A stretch of 64,000 nucleotides of DNA from Verrucomicrobiota bacterium (GTDB taxonomy: Bacteria > Verrucomicrobiota > Verrucomicrobiia > Limisphaerales > JANNEF01), in the NCBI GenBank assembly GCA_031378375.1, contig JANNEF010000386.1:1332-65331 (forward strand), given 5' to 3'. The notes beneath the pieces were generated by a model, which worked only from the letters and a program-made list of their open reading frames with translations, was not told the origin of the DNA and searched no databases. Both the position numbers and the translations under genes were made by a program. Positions 1 to 9,824 of the stretch are shown here, piece by piece (positions within the stretch are counted from its first letter, which is position 1; each line of letters opens with the position of its first letter).

Positions 1-172
1 GTCGGCGCGCAGGGTCGCACGTCGGCGACGCACGGATGCGGTTCCTGGTGGCGGCTTCGTTGGGCGGGAGCGTGCCGGGGTTGAATCAAAATTAATCGCG
101 GTATCAAAAATCTAAAGTCTGTTTCACCGGTCGCGCCCAGGCGGGCGGCGGAGCAGCAGGAGTAAAAAATAT

Positions 173-1087
173 ATGTTAACGAAATTCAGTTTCCATGTTT
201 CACAGTTGAACTACATCAAGGGCGCGATGGCGTTGCTGCCCGCCTATCGGCCGGATGCCAAGACGGTGGCGCAGGTGGATGCCATCATCGCGGCGGCGCA
301 GCCGGTGCGCACGGCGTATCTGGACAAGCGCAGTTCGTTGCAGACGGCGCGCGCGGACCTGGGCGCGGCGCGCGTGGCGGCGCACGCGGCGGCGGTGAGT
401 GTGCAGCCGTTGATGAAGAGTGTGTATCGCACGGACCCGACGAGTTACGAGACGGTGGCGCGGCTGCCGGTGAAGGACCGCGCGGTGGCGGCGACGGTGA
501 CGCGCTGCGAGGCGGTGTCGAATTTGTGGAGCAAGCTGCCCAATCCGCCGGGCACGGCCACGCCGTTCGTGGCGGGGGAGTTGACGCGGGCGCAGTTCGA
601 CGCGTTGCTGGCCACGTTGCGCAGCAAACTGGTCGCGGTGTCGGGGTGTGATCAGGAGTTCCAGTTGAAGGAGGCGGAGTTGCACACGACGGACAACGCC
701 AACGCGCAGTTCATCATGGCCGCGCTCAAGCAGGGCCGGGCGCAGTTCAAGCGCGGCACGGAGGGGCGTGAGTTGATTGACGCCATCCCCACGCTGGCCA
801 ACACGCCGCTGCCGGGCCTGCCGGTGATTGACAGCGTGGAGGATCTGGGCGGCGGGAGCCTGATGCTCATCTTCATGGCGCTGCACGCGACGAGTTTCAA
901 AGTGTTCCACCAGGCGCCCGGCGCGACGGGGTTCACGCTGATCGCCGAGGAGGTGGAGGCGGGCGAGTACACGGTGGATAATCTCGCGGCGGGCGAACAC
1001 AAGTTCAAGGTGGTGGGCGTCAACTCGCGCGGCCAGGGCAAGCCCAGCGCGGTGAAGTTGTTCACGGTGCTGGCGGCGGCGGCGTAG
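173..1087 (+). CDS. Uncharacterised protein, helical N-terminal region plus C-terminal fibronectin type III-like domain
   Basis: 304-aa ORF with upstream AGGAG; C-terminal HKFKVVGVNSRGQGKPS FN3-like strand motif; paralogous to 50580-51491. Confidence 0.75.
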   Translation: MLTKFSFHVSQLNYIKGAMALLPAYRPDAKTVAQVDAIIAAAQPVRTAYLDKRSSLQTARADLGAARVAAHAAAVSVQPLMKSVYRTDPTSYETVARLPVKDRAVAATVTRCEAVSNLWSKLPNPPGTATPFVAGELTRAQFDALLATLRSKLVAVSGCDQEFQLKEAELHTTDNANAQFIMAALKQGRAQFKRGTEGRELIDAIPTLANTPLPGLPVIDSVEDLGGGSLMLIFMALHATSFKVFHQAPGATGFTLIAEEVEAGEYTVDNLAAGEHKFKVVGVNSRGQGKPSAVKLFTVLAAAA

Positions 1088-1095
1088 CGGGGGCG

Positions 1096-1196
1096 GTAGT
1101 CAGTAGTCAGTAGTCAGTAGTCAGTAGGTCAGTGGGTCAGTGGGTCAGTGGGTCAGTAATTACTGACTACTGACTACTGACCTACGGACTACGGAC
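1096..1196. repeat. Palindromic short-tandem-repeat element (GTAGTCA/GTGGGTCA units then inverted TACTGAC units)
   Basis: 4x GTAGTCA, 4x GT(A/G)GGTCA, perfect centre GTCAGTAATTACTGAC (1152-1167), then 3x TACTGAC and 2x TACGGAC. Confidence 0.9.
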
Positions 1197-1267
1197 TCAT
1201 TGACCGGCGGGCGCCCAGCCATCAACCGGACACTTGTAATTTCCCCGGTTTGATTCATAACAGCCCC

Positions 1268-1753
1268 ATGCCATCATTCGACATTGTCAGCGAAGTGAAC
1301 TCGATGGAAATCGAGAACGCCGTGAACACCGCCAAGAAGGAGCTGGCCAATCGCTTCGACTTCAAGGGCACCAAGGCCGAGATCGTCCTGGATAAAAGTG
1401 AGATCAAGCTCGCCGCCCCGGATCAGTTCAAGATTGGCGCGCTGTGCGAGATCGTCATCAGCAAGCTCGCCAAGCGCAACATCAGCCTCAAGAGCGTCGA
1501 GCAGTGCGATCCGGACATCTCGCCCATCGGCCACGCGCGGCAGTCAATCAAGATCAAGCAGGGCCTGGAGACGCCGGTGGCCAAGGAAATCACCGGCTTC
1601 ATCCGCGACGGCAAATACAAGGTCACCACGCAGATTCAGGACAATCAGGTCCGGGTCACGGGCAAGAGCCGGGACGATTTGCAGGCGGTGATCGCGGCGG
1701 TGCGGGCGCACGATTTTCCGGTGCCGGTGCAGTTCCAGAATTTCCGCGACTAG
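1268..1753 (+). CDS. yajQ: YajQ family cyclic-di-GMP/nucleotide-binding protein
   Basis: MPSFDIVSEV...RFDFKG...QVRVTGKSRDDLQ...QFQNFRD signature. Confidence 0.95.
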   Translation: MPSFDIVSEVNSMEIENAVNTAKKELANRFDFKGTKAEIVLDKSEIKLAAPDQFKIGALCEIVISKLAKRNISLKSVEQCDPDISPIGHARQSIKIKQGLETPVAKEITGFIRDGKYKVTTQIQDNQVRVTGKSRDDLQAVIAAVRAHDFPVPVQFQNFRD

Positions 1754-1885
1754 ACCGTCCGCTTCGCTGCGGTGGAGCGCGTCCGACATCACCGCTTGAC
1801 GCGCCCGCGCCTTCCGGCGTTATGCTTCGGCGACGGCTGAGAAAGCACGACCAACATTAAACCAGGGCAATCGCCGGCCACACCA

Positions 1886-2773
1886 ATGAAAGAAACCATG
1901 CGCTTCATCACCACAACCTTGCTGGCGGTTTGCGTTTTCACCTGGACGACCGCGCCAGTGCGCGCGGCGAACAAATCCGCCGAGCCGCCGGAGTTGCCCG
2001 GCGCCGGGAAGATCAAGTGGACCAAAGGCCCCGCCAAGGCGCCGATCGGCACCATGGCCGAAATGGACTTGAAGGAGGGTTATGTCTTCACCGATGGCGA
2101 GGGCGCGCGGCTGTTGCTCGAAAGCATGGGCAACCTCACCTCCGGCAGCGAACTGGGTTTTCTGGCGCCGGCTTCGATGGATTGGTTCGCCATCTTCCGC
2201 TTCGCCGAAGAGGGTTACGTGAAGGACGATGACAAGGACAAGCTCGACGCCGACAAGTTGCTCAAGTCGCTCAAGGCCGGCACCGAGGAAGCCAACAAGG
2301 AGCGCCAACGCCGCGGCTTCCCGTCGCTCACGCTGACCGGCTGGGAACAAACGCCCGCGTATGATTTGGACACGCACAATCTGGGCTGGGCCATCCGCGG
2401 CGAGAGCGAAGGCACGGCCATCGTGAACTACAACACGCGCATCCTCGGCCGCAAAGGCGTGATGAGCGTGAATCTCGTCGTCGCGCCGGACAAACTTTCG
2501 GCCACGCTGCCGGAGTTCAAAGCTCTCCTCGGCGATTACAGCTACAAGGCCGGCGAGCGTTATGCCGAATACCGGCAGGGTGACAAGCTGGCCAAATACG
2601 GTTTGACCGCGCTCGTCCTCGGCGGCGCCGCCGTGGGCGCGGCCAAGCTGGGCCTCTTCGCGTGGCTGGCGGTGTTCATCAAGAAAGCCTGGAAGCTGGT
2701 GATCCTCGTGGTGGTCGGCGTGGGGGCGTTCATCAAGCGCGTGCTGTTTGGCCAGAACAAGGCCCGCGAGTAG
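1886..2773 (+). CDS. DUF2167-like membrane-anchored protein
   Basis: Signal peptide; EGYVKDDD, NYNTRILGRKG, GDKLAKYGLTALV motifs; C-terminal TM. Confidence 0.8.
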   Translation: MKETMRFITTTLLAVCVFTWTTAPVRAANKSAEPPELPGAGKIKWTKGPAKAPIGTMAEMDLKEGYVFTDGEGARLLLESMGNLTSGSELGFLAPASMDWFAIFRFAEEGYVKDDDKDKLDADKLLKSLKAGTEEANKERQRRGFPSLTLTGWEQTPAYDLDTHNLGWAIRGESEGTAIVNYNTRILGRKGVMSVNLVVAPDKLSATLPEFKALLGDYSYKAGERYAEYRQGDKLAKYGLTALVLGGAAVGAAKLGLFAWLAVFIKKAWKLVILVVVGVGAFIKRVLFGQNKARE

Positions 2774-2793
2774 CGCGATCACCGCCGCGCCAC

Positions 2794-3978
2794 ATGGGCG
2801 ATCTGCAAAGCCTGCTGCTGGTGCTGGTGGTCATCTACCTCGCCGAATGCGTTGTCTGGGTGCGCCGGGGCGCGGTGGCCTTCGTGAGCGGATGGAGTCT
2901 GGCGAAGCATCGCTGGCGGCTGTGGCAGCCGGACGGAATCATCGGCAACCAGCGCGGGGCCGTTTGTTTTGCCAATCCGTTGCCGCCCCTGGGTGCCGTC
3001 ACGCTCGGCCAGCCACTCCCGTTGTCGGTTTCGGCTGATGCGGTGTTTGCCTACACTGCGGCGTGTTTGAATCCGGGCTGGCGACCGGCGCAGTCCGCGC
3101 GTTTTGTCCGCTTCGCTGACATCCAGGAGATCGAGCGCGAGGGGAAGCGAGTGCTCGTGAACGGACGGGTGTTCCTGAATACCGCTTCCACTAGCGCCGC
3201 CCGCCGGTTGGTGAGCTGGCTGCGGCGACTCAAGGAAACCCCCGCACCACAGCGTGACGCCGCGATCCGACAGTCGCTCGCGGACGGCTTCTGCGCGGAG
3301 AAGGTTCACGAGCGCCTTGATGCCTTCGCACGGCTGGCCCGGCCGATTCGCGCGCTGTCGAACAGTCTCTTGGTTGTACTGTTCGTGCTGGGACCGGCGG
3401 CGGTGTGGCGCTTCGGCCTGGCCCACACCGTCTGGGTGCTGGTGCCCGCCCTGCTCGCCCACACCGTCACCATCGCCATCCTGTTCCGGCGCGCGTATCG
3501 GCGGCTGTATCCGCAAGACGGCGACGAATGGTTCACCCCGTTTCTCACCATGCTGCTCGCGCCGCCGTCAGCCATCCGCGCGAACGACGTGCTCGGCAGA
3601 CATTTGCTCGAAGACTTTCACGCGCTCGCCGTGGCGCAGGTGCTCTGTCCTCCCAGGAGCTTCCGGGAATTCGCGCGGCGCACGCTGCTGGACTTGCGCT
3701 ATCCGATGTTGCCGGCCTGCCCGGTAGGTGACCCAGCGATGACCGCAACCGAGCATGAGTTCCGCGCCGCCCTCCGGAACGAAGCGGAAAGGTTCGTCGT
3801 GAGCCACGGGCTTGAATTGGGGGAACTGCTCCGTCCACCCGCGCCCAGCGAACCGGTCAACACCGCCTACTGCCCGCGTTGCGGCGCGCAATTCGTGACG
3901 GAGGCCGGCGTGTGCGGCGATTGCGGCGGTCGTCCGTTGGAACAGTTTTCTGCGAAAGCGGGAGTTACCGGCGCCTGA
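2794..3978 (+). CDS. Hypothetical membrane protein with C-terminal Zn-ribbon
   Basis: ATG at 2794 after upstream stop; hydrophobic segments; CPRCG...CGDCG. Confidence 0.7.
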   Translation: MGDLQSLLLVLVVIYLAECVVWVRRGAVAFVSGWSLAKHRWRLWQPDGIIGNQRGAVCFANPLPPLGAVTLGQPLPLSVSADAVFAYTAACLNPGWRPAQSARFVRFADIQEIEREGKRVLVNGRVFLNTASTSAARRLVSWLRRLKETPAPQRDAAIRQSLADGFCAEKVHERLDAFARLARPIRALSNSLLVVLFVLGPAAVWRFGLAHTVWVLVPALLAHTVTIAILFRRAYRRLYPQDGDEWFTPFLTMLLAPPSAIRANDVLGRHLLEDFHALAVAQVLCPPRSFREFARRTLLDLRYPMLPACPVGDPAMTATEHEFRAALRNEAERFVVSHGLELGELLRPPAPSEPVNTAYCPRCGAQFVTEAGVCGDCGGRPLEQFSAKAGVTGA

Positions 3979-4091
3979 TTCAGTCGGCCGCGTTGGGGGC
4001 TTCGCCGGCGGGAAAATTTCCACGCGCTTTCCCTGCATTGCCAAACCGCGCCGCCGCCCTTAATCTTGCGGCCTAGTAACCAGTCAAGTTT

Positions 4092-5411
4092 ATGCACCAC
4101 TACATCGAACAACTCGTTGACCTCACGGATTCCGCAGCCAACCAAATCTACAACATGACCGTCGAAGCGGCGCGCGCGCGTGTGCTGTCGGGCGGGCCCG
4201 AAGCCGTGCGCGACATCGAAGGTTCCTTCGCGCTCGTCGCGCGCGACGGCAAGACCGTCCGGCTCGCCCGGTCGCTGGACCGGCCGCTGCGTTACTTCCT
4301 CGCCAAGCGCGCGGAAGGGCCGGCGCTCGTCGTAGCCGACCGCATTGACGCCATCGCCGCGTGGCTCAAGGCGCAAGGCTACGGGAATCAATTCCATCCC
4401 AGCTACACGCGCATGGTGCCGGCGCATTACGTCATCGAAATCCAGCTCATCGGCTGTCCCGATCCCGACCCGACCTACACGCGCTTCTTCAACCCGCAAC
4501 GCAATGCGTTGCCGACGGACCTCGACGAGATCGGCCGCCGTTACATCGGCGCGCTGGCGGATGAAATCGCCAAGTGGCTGCGCCGTTTGCCGGAGCGCGA
4601 GCCGCTCGGCGTTTGTTTCTCCGGCGGCGTGGACAGCGGCGCGGTTTTCCTGACGGCTTATCATGTGATGCGCCAGCTCGGCCTTAGCCCGGCGCGCTTG
4701 AAGGCGTTCACGCTGAATTTCGGCGACGGCCCCGACTTGCAACAGGCGCGGGCGTTTCTGGAGAAGCTTGGGCTGGGTTTGTTCCTGGAACCCATCGAAG
4801 CTGACCTCGCCACGCTCGACGTGGCCGAGACCATCCGGATCGTTGAGGACTACAAGCCGCTCGACATCGAATCCGCCTCGATGGCGCTCACGCTCTGCCG
4901 TGGCATCCGCGCGCGTTACCCGGAGTGGCGTCACTTGATGGACGGTGACGGCGGCGACGAGAACTTGAAGGATTATCCCATCGAAGAAAACCCGGAGCTG
5001 ACCATCCGCAGCGTGGTGAGCAACCAGATGCTTTACCAGGAAGGCTGGGGCGTGGGGCGCATCAAGCACTCGCTCACTTACAGCGGCGGGTTGAGCCGCA
5101 GCTACGCGCGCACCTACGCGCCGGCGAAGCATTTTGGCTTCGAGGGGTTCAGCCCTTTCACCCGCCCCAATGTCATCGAAGTGGCCGAAGGCATCCCCTT
5201 CACCGAACTCACCGGCATGAGCGTGGAGAAACTTTACGCGCTCAAGGGCGAGATCGTTTCCCGTGGTGTGAAGGCCATCACCGGGCTGGACATGCCGGCG
5301 TTTCCGAAGCGGCGCTTCCAGCATGGCGCGGTGCCAGAAGAGCGGTTGCGACAGCGCGTCCCCGGGCGCGAGAACCTGATGCGCGATCAATTCCTTTCGC
5401 TTTATGCATAG
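4092..5411 (+). CDS. Asparagine synthetase-like ATP-dependent amide ligase lacking the N-terminal catalytic Cys
   Basis: PP-loop FSGGVDSG, DGDGGDE motif, remnant Ntn segment EGSFALV...LARSLDRPLRY. Confidence 0.8.
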   Translation: MHHYIEQLVDLTDSAANQIYNMTVEAARARVLSGGPEAVRDIEGSFALVARDGKTVRLARSLDRPLRYFLAKRAEGPALVVADRIDAIAAWLKAQGYGNQFHPSYTRMVPAHYVIEIQLIGCPDPDPTYTRFFNPQRNALPTDLDEIGRRYIGALADEIAKWLRRLPEREPLGVCFSGGVDSGAVFLTAYHVMRQLGLSPARLKAFTLNFGDGPDLQQARAFLEKLGLGLFLEPIEADLATLDVAETIRIVEDYKPLDIESASMALTLCRGIRARYPEWRHLMDGDGGDENLKDYPIEENPELTIRSVVSNQMLYQEGWGVGRIKHSLTYSGGLSRSYARTYAPAKHFGFEGFSPFTRPNVIEVAEGIPFTELTGMSVEKLYALKGEIVSRGVKAITGLDMPAFPKRRFQHGAVPEERLRQRVPGRENLMRDQFLSLYA

Positions 5412-5431
5412 GCAGCCAACGGCGCTGGCCC

Positions 5432-6175
5432 ATGAGTTTTGCCGCGAAATGTTTGTTGGTTGCCGGCTGGTGGACTTTCACTGCCCTGGCCGTGACCGCC
5501 ACCGACAATAGTTTTGCCAGGAAGCGGAGCGGCGATTACGTCGTCCTGCTTCATGGCATGGGACGCACGGCGCTTTCCATGAAGCGGCTGGAGTGGAGCC
5601 TCGCCGGGCGGGGTTATCGCGTCGTGAACGTCTCGTATCCCTCGACCCGCCTGCCAGTCGAGCGCCTGGCCAATGAATGCCTGGATGCCATCTTGCGCGA
5701 GCGCGTATCGGATCCTTCCGTTAAGATCCACTTTGTCACCCACTCGCTCGGCGGCATTGTCCTGCGCTACTACCTCGCGAATCACGAACTGGCCAACCTG
5801 GGCCGCGCGGTGATGCTTGCCCCGCCCAATCAGGGCAGCGAAGTCGCGGACCGGTTGGGAAGCAACTTCCTCTACCGGCATTTTACCGGCCCGAGCGGCC
5901 AACAACTCGGCACTGGGGACAACGATTTGCCGCGCCAGCTTGGTCCGGCAAATTTTGAAGTGGGCATCATCGCGGGAGACCGTTCACTCAATCCGGTCTT
6001 CTCCTGGTTGCTGCCCGGCCCGGATGACGGGAAGGTGTCGGTCGAAAGCACCAAGCTTGAGGGCGCTCAGGGCTTTCTGGTCACGCACCAAACGCACACA
6101 TGGATGATGTGGCGGCAGAGCGTCATCCGTCAGATCGTTGCCTTCCTGGAGTCCGGGAGATTCTTGCGCTCGTGA
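5432..6175 (+). CDS. Alpha/beta hydrolase (lipase/esterase-like), probably exported
   Basis: VLLHG, THSLGG nucleophile elbow, PPNQGS, DDGKV, terminal His. Confidence 0.85.
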   Translation: MSFAAKCLLVAGWWTFTALAVTATDNSFARKRSGDYVVLLHGMGRTALSMKRLEWSLAGRGYRVVNVSYPSTRLPVERLANECLDAILRERVSDPSVKIHFVTHSLGGIVLRYYLANHELANLGRAVMLAPPNQGSEVADRLGSNFLYRHFTGPSGQQLGTGDNDLPRQLGPANFEVGIIAGDRSLNPVFSWLLPGPDDGKVSVESTKLEGAQGFLVTHQTHTWMMWRQSVIRQIVAFLESGRFLRS

Positions 6176-6233
6176 CTGGCGTGGAGCACGAGAACGGCGG
6201 AGTGGTTGAGTCCATTCAACAATTCTGCACCGC

Positions 6234-7214
6234 GTGACAATGACAGGCGCTTTTCCAACCAGCCAGCGTGACCGCGATCAATGGATCCTGGCACAGCGTC
6301 CACCGCGTAACGCGGTTGATGTCTCCCGGCCCTACGCCTTCCTCGCCGAGGAGGAGCGCGCCGAGTCTGGTGAAGTGGTTTCGGTCGCGACGATTTTCCT
6401 CACCAACCGCGAGTGCCCGTGGCGCTGTTTGATGTGCGACCTGTGGAAGAACACAGTCACGGAGACGGTGCCCGTCGGCGCGATTCCGGCGCAGATTGAT
6501 TACGCGCTGGAGCAAATCACAGCGCGCGGGGACACGCCTCCTCCCAAACAGATCAAGCTCTACAACAGCGGCAGCTTCTTCGACCCGCGTGCGATTCCAC
6601 CGGCGGATTACCCGGCCATCGCCGGGCGCGTGCGTGGATTCGAGCGCGTGATCGTCGAGTGCCACCCGGCGCTCGTCGGGGAGTCAGCGGTTCGCTTCCG
6701 CAATTTAGTCGGAACGAAATTGGAAGTGGCGATGGGGTTGGAGACGGCGCATCCCGACGTGCTGGCGAAGCTTAACAAGCGGATGACGCTGGAGCAGTTT
6801 TCCCACGCGGCGGCGTTTCTGAAAGCCAACGACATCGCGTTGCGCGTCTTCATCCTCGTTAAGCCGCCGTTCCTGGACGAAGCCGAGTCGCTGCACTGGG
6901 CGCGGCGCTCGCTCGACTTCGCCTTTGATTGCGGAGCGACCATTGCTTCGCTCATTCCCGTGCGCGGCGGCAACGGCGCGCTGGAGGCGCTGGCCGCCAG
7001 TGGCGGGTTTTCTCCGCCCAAGCTGGCCACGCTCGAAGCCGCCGCCGAATATGGGGTTGGTCTGCGGCGGGGCCGGGTGCTTGCCGACTTGTGGGACTTG
7101 AAAAAATTCTCTGACTGCGCCGCGTGCTTTCCCGTCCGCGCCGCGCGGCTCCAGGAGATGAATTTGCGGCAAGTTGTCGCGGAGCGTATGGCCTGTCCGT
7201 GTGGTGGAGTGTAA
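6234..7214 (+). CDS. Radical SAM protein resembling the archaeal RaSEA/TIGR01210 family
   Basis: CPWRCLMC; IKLYNSGSFFD, LEVAMGLET, FILVKPPFL motifs; C-terminal Cys cluster. Confidence 0.8.
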   Translation: MTMTGAFPTSQRDRDQWILAQRPPRNAVDVSRPYAFLAEEERAESGEVVSVATIFLTNRECPWRCLMCDLWKNTVTETVPVGAIPAQIDYALEQITARGDTPPPKQIKLYNSGSFFDPRAIPPADYPAIAGRVRGFERVIVECHPALVGESAVRFRNLVGTKLEVAMGLETAHPDVLAKLNKRMTLEQFSHAAAFLKANDIALRVFILVKPPFLDEAESLHWARRSLDFAFDCGATIASLIPVRGGNGALEALAASGGFSPPKLATLEAAAEYGVGLRRGRVLADLWDLKKFSDCAACFPVRAARLQEMNLRQVVAERMACPCGGV

Positions 7215-7383
7215 CGCTGAGCGGTCATTCGCTGCAACTGACCGACCAGGGCTGGCCACGACGTCAATTTGCGCCTTGTGATTTGTTTCAATCGTTCCCG
7301 CTTGTCTTGCGTCCAACGCTCCGTACTATGCCAGCCAGATCATCCGTGGGAAAATTTAGCAGCCGTTATCGCGCAGAAGAATT

Positions 7384-8700
7384 ATGCAACCAATGAAAAC
7401 CTTTTACCGCTTCACCGCCGCTCTCGGCCTTGTGCTTGTGCCCGTCATGTTGCCGGCGGAAAACTGGCCGCAGTGGCGCGGACCTGATTTTAATGGCTCC
7501 ACGTCTGAAAAGGGTCTGCCCGCCACCTGGAGCAAAACCGACGGCGTCGCCTGGAGCGCGCCCCTGCCGGGCCCCAGCGGGGCAACCCCGGCGGTGTGGG
7601 GCGAGCATGTCTTTGTCTCCAGTCCCGACGCGCAGAAAAATCTGCTGCTGCTCTGTCTGAACCGGAAGGACGGTTCCCTGCGCTGGCAAAAAACCGTGGC
7701 CGTGGGCGACAAAAACAAAGGCAACAACAACATGGCATCGCCGTCGCCGGTCACGGACGGGAAGAGCGTATTTGTGCTCTACGGCACGAGCGATCTGGCG
7801 GCGTTTGACTTTGACGGCAAGGAGCTTTGGCATCGCAATCTGGGCAAGGATTACGGGAAGTTTTCAATCATGTGGATTTACGGCGCGAGTCCGCTGCTGT
7901 ACCAGGGCAAGCTTTACCTCGCCGTCTTGCAACGTGACCCGCCGCCGCGCGATTATCCGACCAGCGACGACGTTCCGACGCGCGAGTCGTTCCTGCTGTG
8001 CATTGATCCGAAAACCGGGAAAGACCTCTGGCGGCATGTCCGCAAGACCGACGCGACGATGGAATCGCAGGAGTCGTACACGACACCCATCCCGTATCAT
8101 GGCAAGCATGGGCTGGAGATTATTCTCGTCGGCGGCGACCACGTCAGCGGACACAACCCCGCCGCGCAGGGCGCGGAGCTTTGGCGGGCGCGCATGTATC
8201 AGAAGCGCGACGACTGGTATCGCATCGTCACGTCGCCCGTCACCTCGGAGGGCTTCATCTACGCCAGCGGCCCGAAAGGTCAGCCGGTCATCGCGGTGAA
8301 AGACGGTGGAAAAGGGAACGTGACCGAGAGCCACGTCGCATGGAGTTTCAAGGAGGCACCCACGGACTGGAGCACGCCGCTGTTGTATCAGGGGAAGCTG
8401 TTCATCCTCGACGGCGGGCGGAACACGATGAGTTGCCTTGACCCGAAGACCGGGGAGAAACAATGGTCCGGCAGCCTGGGGCTGACGGAGAAGACGTGGT
8501 CTTCACCCACGGGCGGGGACGGAAAAATTTATTGCTTCACCGAGAAGGGAAACGTCGTGGTGCTCTCGGCGGGCGACGACTTCAAGGTTCTTTCGACGAT
8601 TGCAATGGAGGAAGGCCCGTGCCGGTCGTCCATTGCGGTGGCGAGCGGACAATTGTTCATTCGCACGGCGAAGACTCTCTACTGCGTGGGGAAGAAGTAG
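7384..8700 (+). CDS. PQQ-binding-like beta-propeller repeat protein
   Basis: Signal peptide, NWPQWRGP, repeated SP/TG..LW blades. Confidence 0.9.
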   Translation: MQPMKTFYRFTAALGLVLVPVMLPAENWPQWRGPDFNGSTSEKGLPATWSKTDGVAWSAPLPGPSGATPAVWGEHVFVSSPDAQKNLLLLCLNRKDGSLRWQKTVAVGDKNKGNNNMASPSPVTDGKSVFVLYGTSDLAAFDFDGKELWHRNLGKDYGKFSIMWIYGASPLLYQGKLYLAVLQRDPPPRDYPTSDDVPTRESFLLCIDPKTGKDLWRHVRKTDATMESQESYTTPIPYHGKHGLEIILVGGDHVSGHNPAAQGAELWRARMYQKRDDWYRIVTSPVTSEGFIYASGPKGQPVIAVKDGGKGNVTESHVAWSFKEAPTDWSTPLLYQGKLFILDGGRNTMSCLDPKTGEKQWSGSLGLTEKTWSSPTGGDGKIYCFTEKGNVVVLSAGDDFKVLSTIAMEEGPCRSSIAVASGQLFIRTAKTLYCVGKK

Positions 8701-8810
8701 TTTTGGAGCGGCGAAGCGGTGGCACGCGAGGACGCGAACGCGGGGCAGTGTCAGTGATGGTTTTCACCCACCGGTTTGCTCTTCTGACTCATTCCGCTGA
8801 TTCCCGCCAA

Positions 8811-9326
8811 ATGATTCTGCCGCACAAAATCTCCACCCTGCTCTATTGCTTCAACGAGCGGGACGAGGTGCTGTTGATGGAACGGGCGCAGGAGCCGAAC
8901 CGGGGGTTGTGGAGTCCGTGCGGCGGCAAGCTGCACACGGAAGCGGGGGAATCGCCCCACGCCTGCGCCTGTCGCGAGGCGTGGGAGGAATTGGGCGAGG
9001 TGCTCGAACCGGCCGATCTGCACCTGACTGGCCTCGTGAGTGAACAGGGCTACGCGGGTCAGGCGCATTGGCTGATGTTCTTGTTCGAGGTGAAGCGGCG
9101 TCTGAAAATGCTCCCACCGCCGCATCGGGAAGGGGTGTTCCAGTTTTTTCCACCCGGCGCGCTCGCTTCCCTGAAACTGCCGCAGACGGATCGCGAGCAA
9201 ATCTGGCCGCTCTTCTGGCGGCATCGCGGCGGGTTTTTCGCCGCGCGCTGCCATTGCCATCCCGACGGGCACGATGAGTGGACGGTGGAACAGTCCACGC
9301 CTGCGCCAATGGCCAATCGCCAATAG
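8811..9326 (+). CDS. NUDIX hydrolase
   Basis: Nudix box GGKLHTEAGESPHACACREAWEELG; ATG at 8811. Confidence 0.85.
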   Translation: MILPHKISTLLYCFNERDEVLLMERAQEPNRGLWSPCGGKLHTEAGESPHACACREAWEELGEVLEPADLHLTGLVSEQGYAGQAHWLMFLFEVKRRLKMLPPPHREGVFQFFPPGALASLKLPQTDREQIWPLFWRHRGGFFAARCHCHPDGHDEWTVEQSTPAPMANRQ

Positions 9327-9341
9327 CCATCCAAAAATTCT

Positions 9342-9824
9342 ATGGACGAACCGATCATTGACCTGCAAAGCGACCATTACTTCATGGGCGAGGCGTTGCG
9401 CCAGGCTGCCCGCGCCTACGAGGCGGACGAAGTGCCGGTGGGTGCGGTCATCGTGCGCGAAGGCCGCGTCATCGCACGGGCGTGGAATCAGGTGGAATTG
9501 CTCAAGGACGCCACGGCCCACGCCGAGATGCTGGCACTGACGCAGGCCGAGGAAGCCGTGGGTGACTGGCGGTTGACGGACTGCACGCTGTACGTGACCA
9601 AGGAGCCGTGTCCGATGTGCGCCGGCGCCATCGTGCATACGCGATTGGCGCGGGTGGTGTTTGGCGTGGGTGATCCCAAGGGCGGCGCGGCGGGCGGCGC
9701 GATGAACCTGCTGCAATTCCCCTCGCTCAATCACCGCTGCGAAATCACATCCGGTGTGCGCGAGGTGGAAGGGCGGGCGCTGTTGAAAAGTTTTTTTGCG
9801 GAGCAGCGGCGGAAGGAGACGTAA
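9342..9824 (+). CDS. tadA: tRNA adenosine(34) deaminase
   Basis: EVPVGAV, HAE, EPCPMC motifs. Confidence 0.9.
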   Translation: MDEPIIDLQSDHYFMGEALRQAARAYEADEVPVGAVIVREGRVIARAWNQVELLKDATAHAEMLALTQAEEAVGDWRLTDCTLYVTKEPCPMCAGAIVHTRLARVVFGVGDPKGGAAGGAMNLLQFPSLNHRCEITSGVREVEGRALLKSFFAEQRRKET

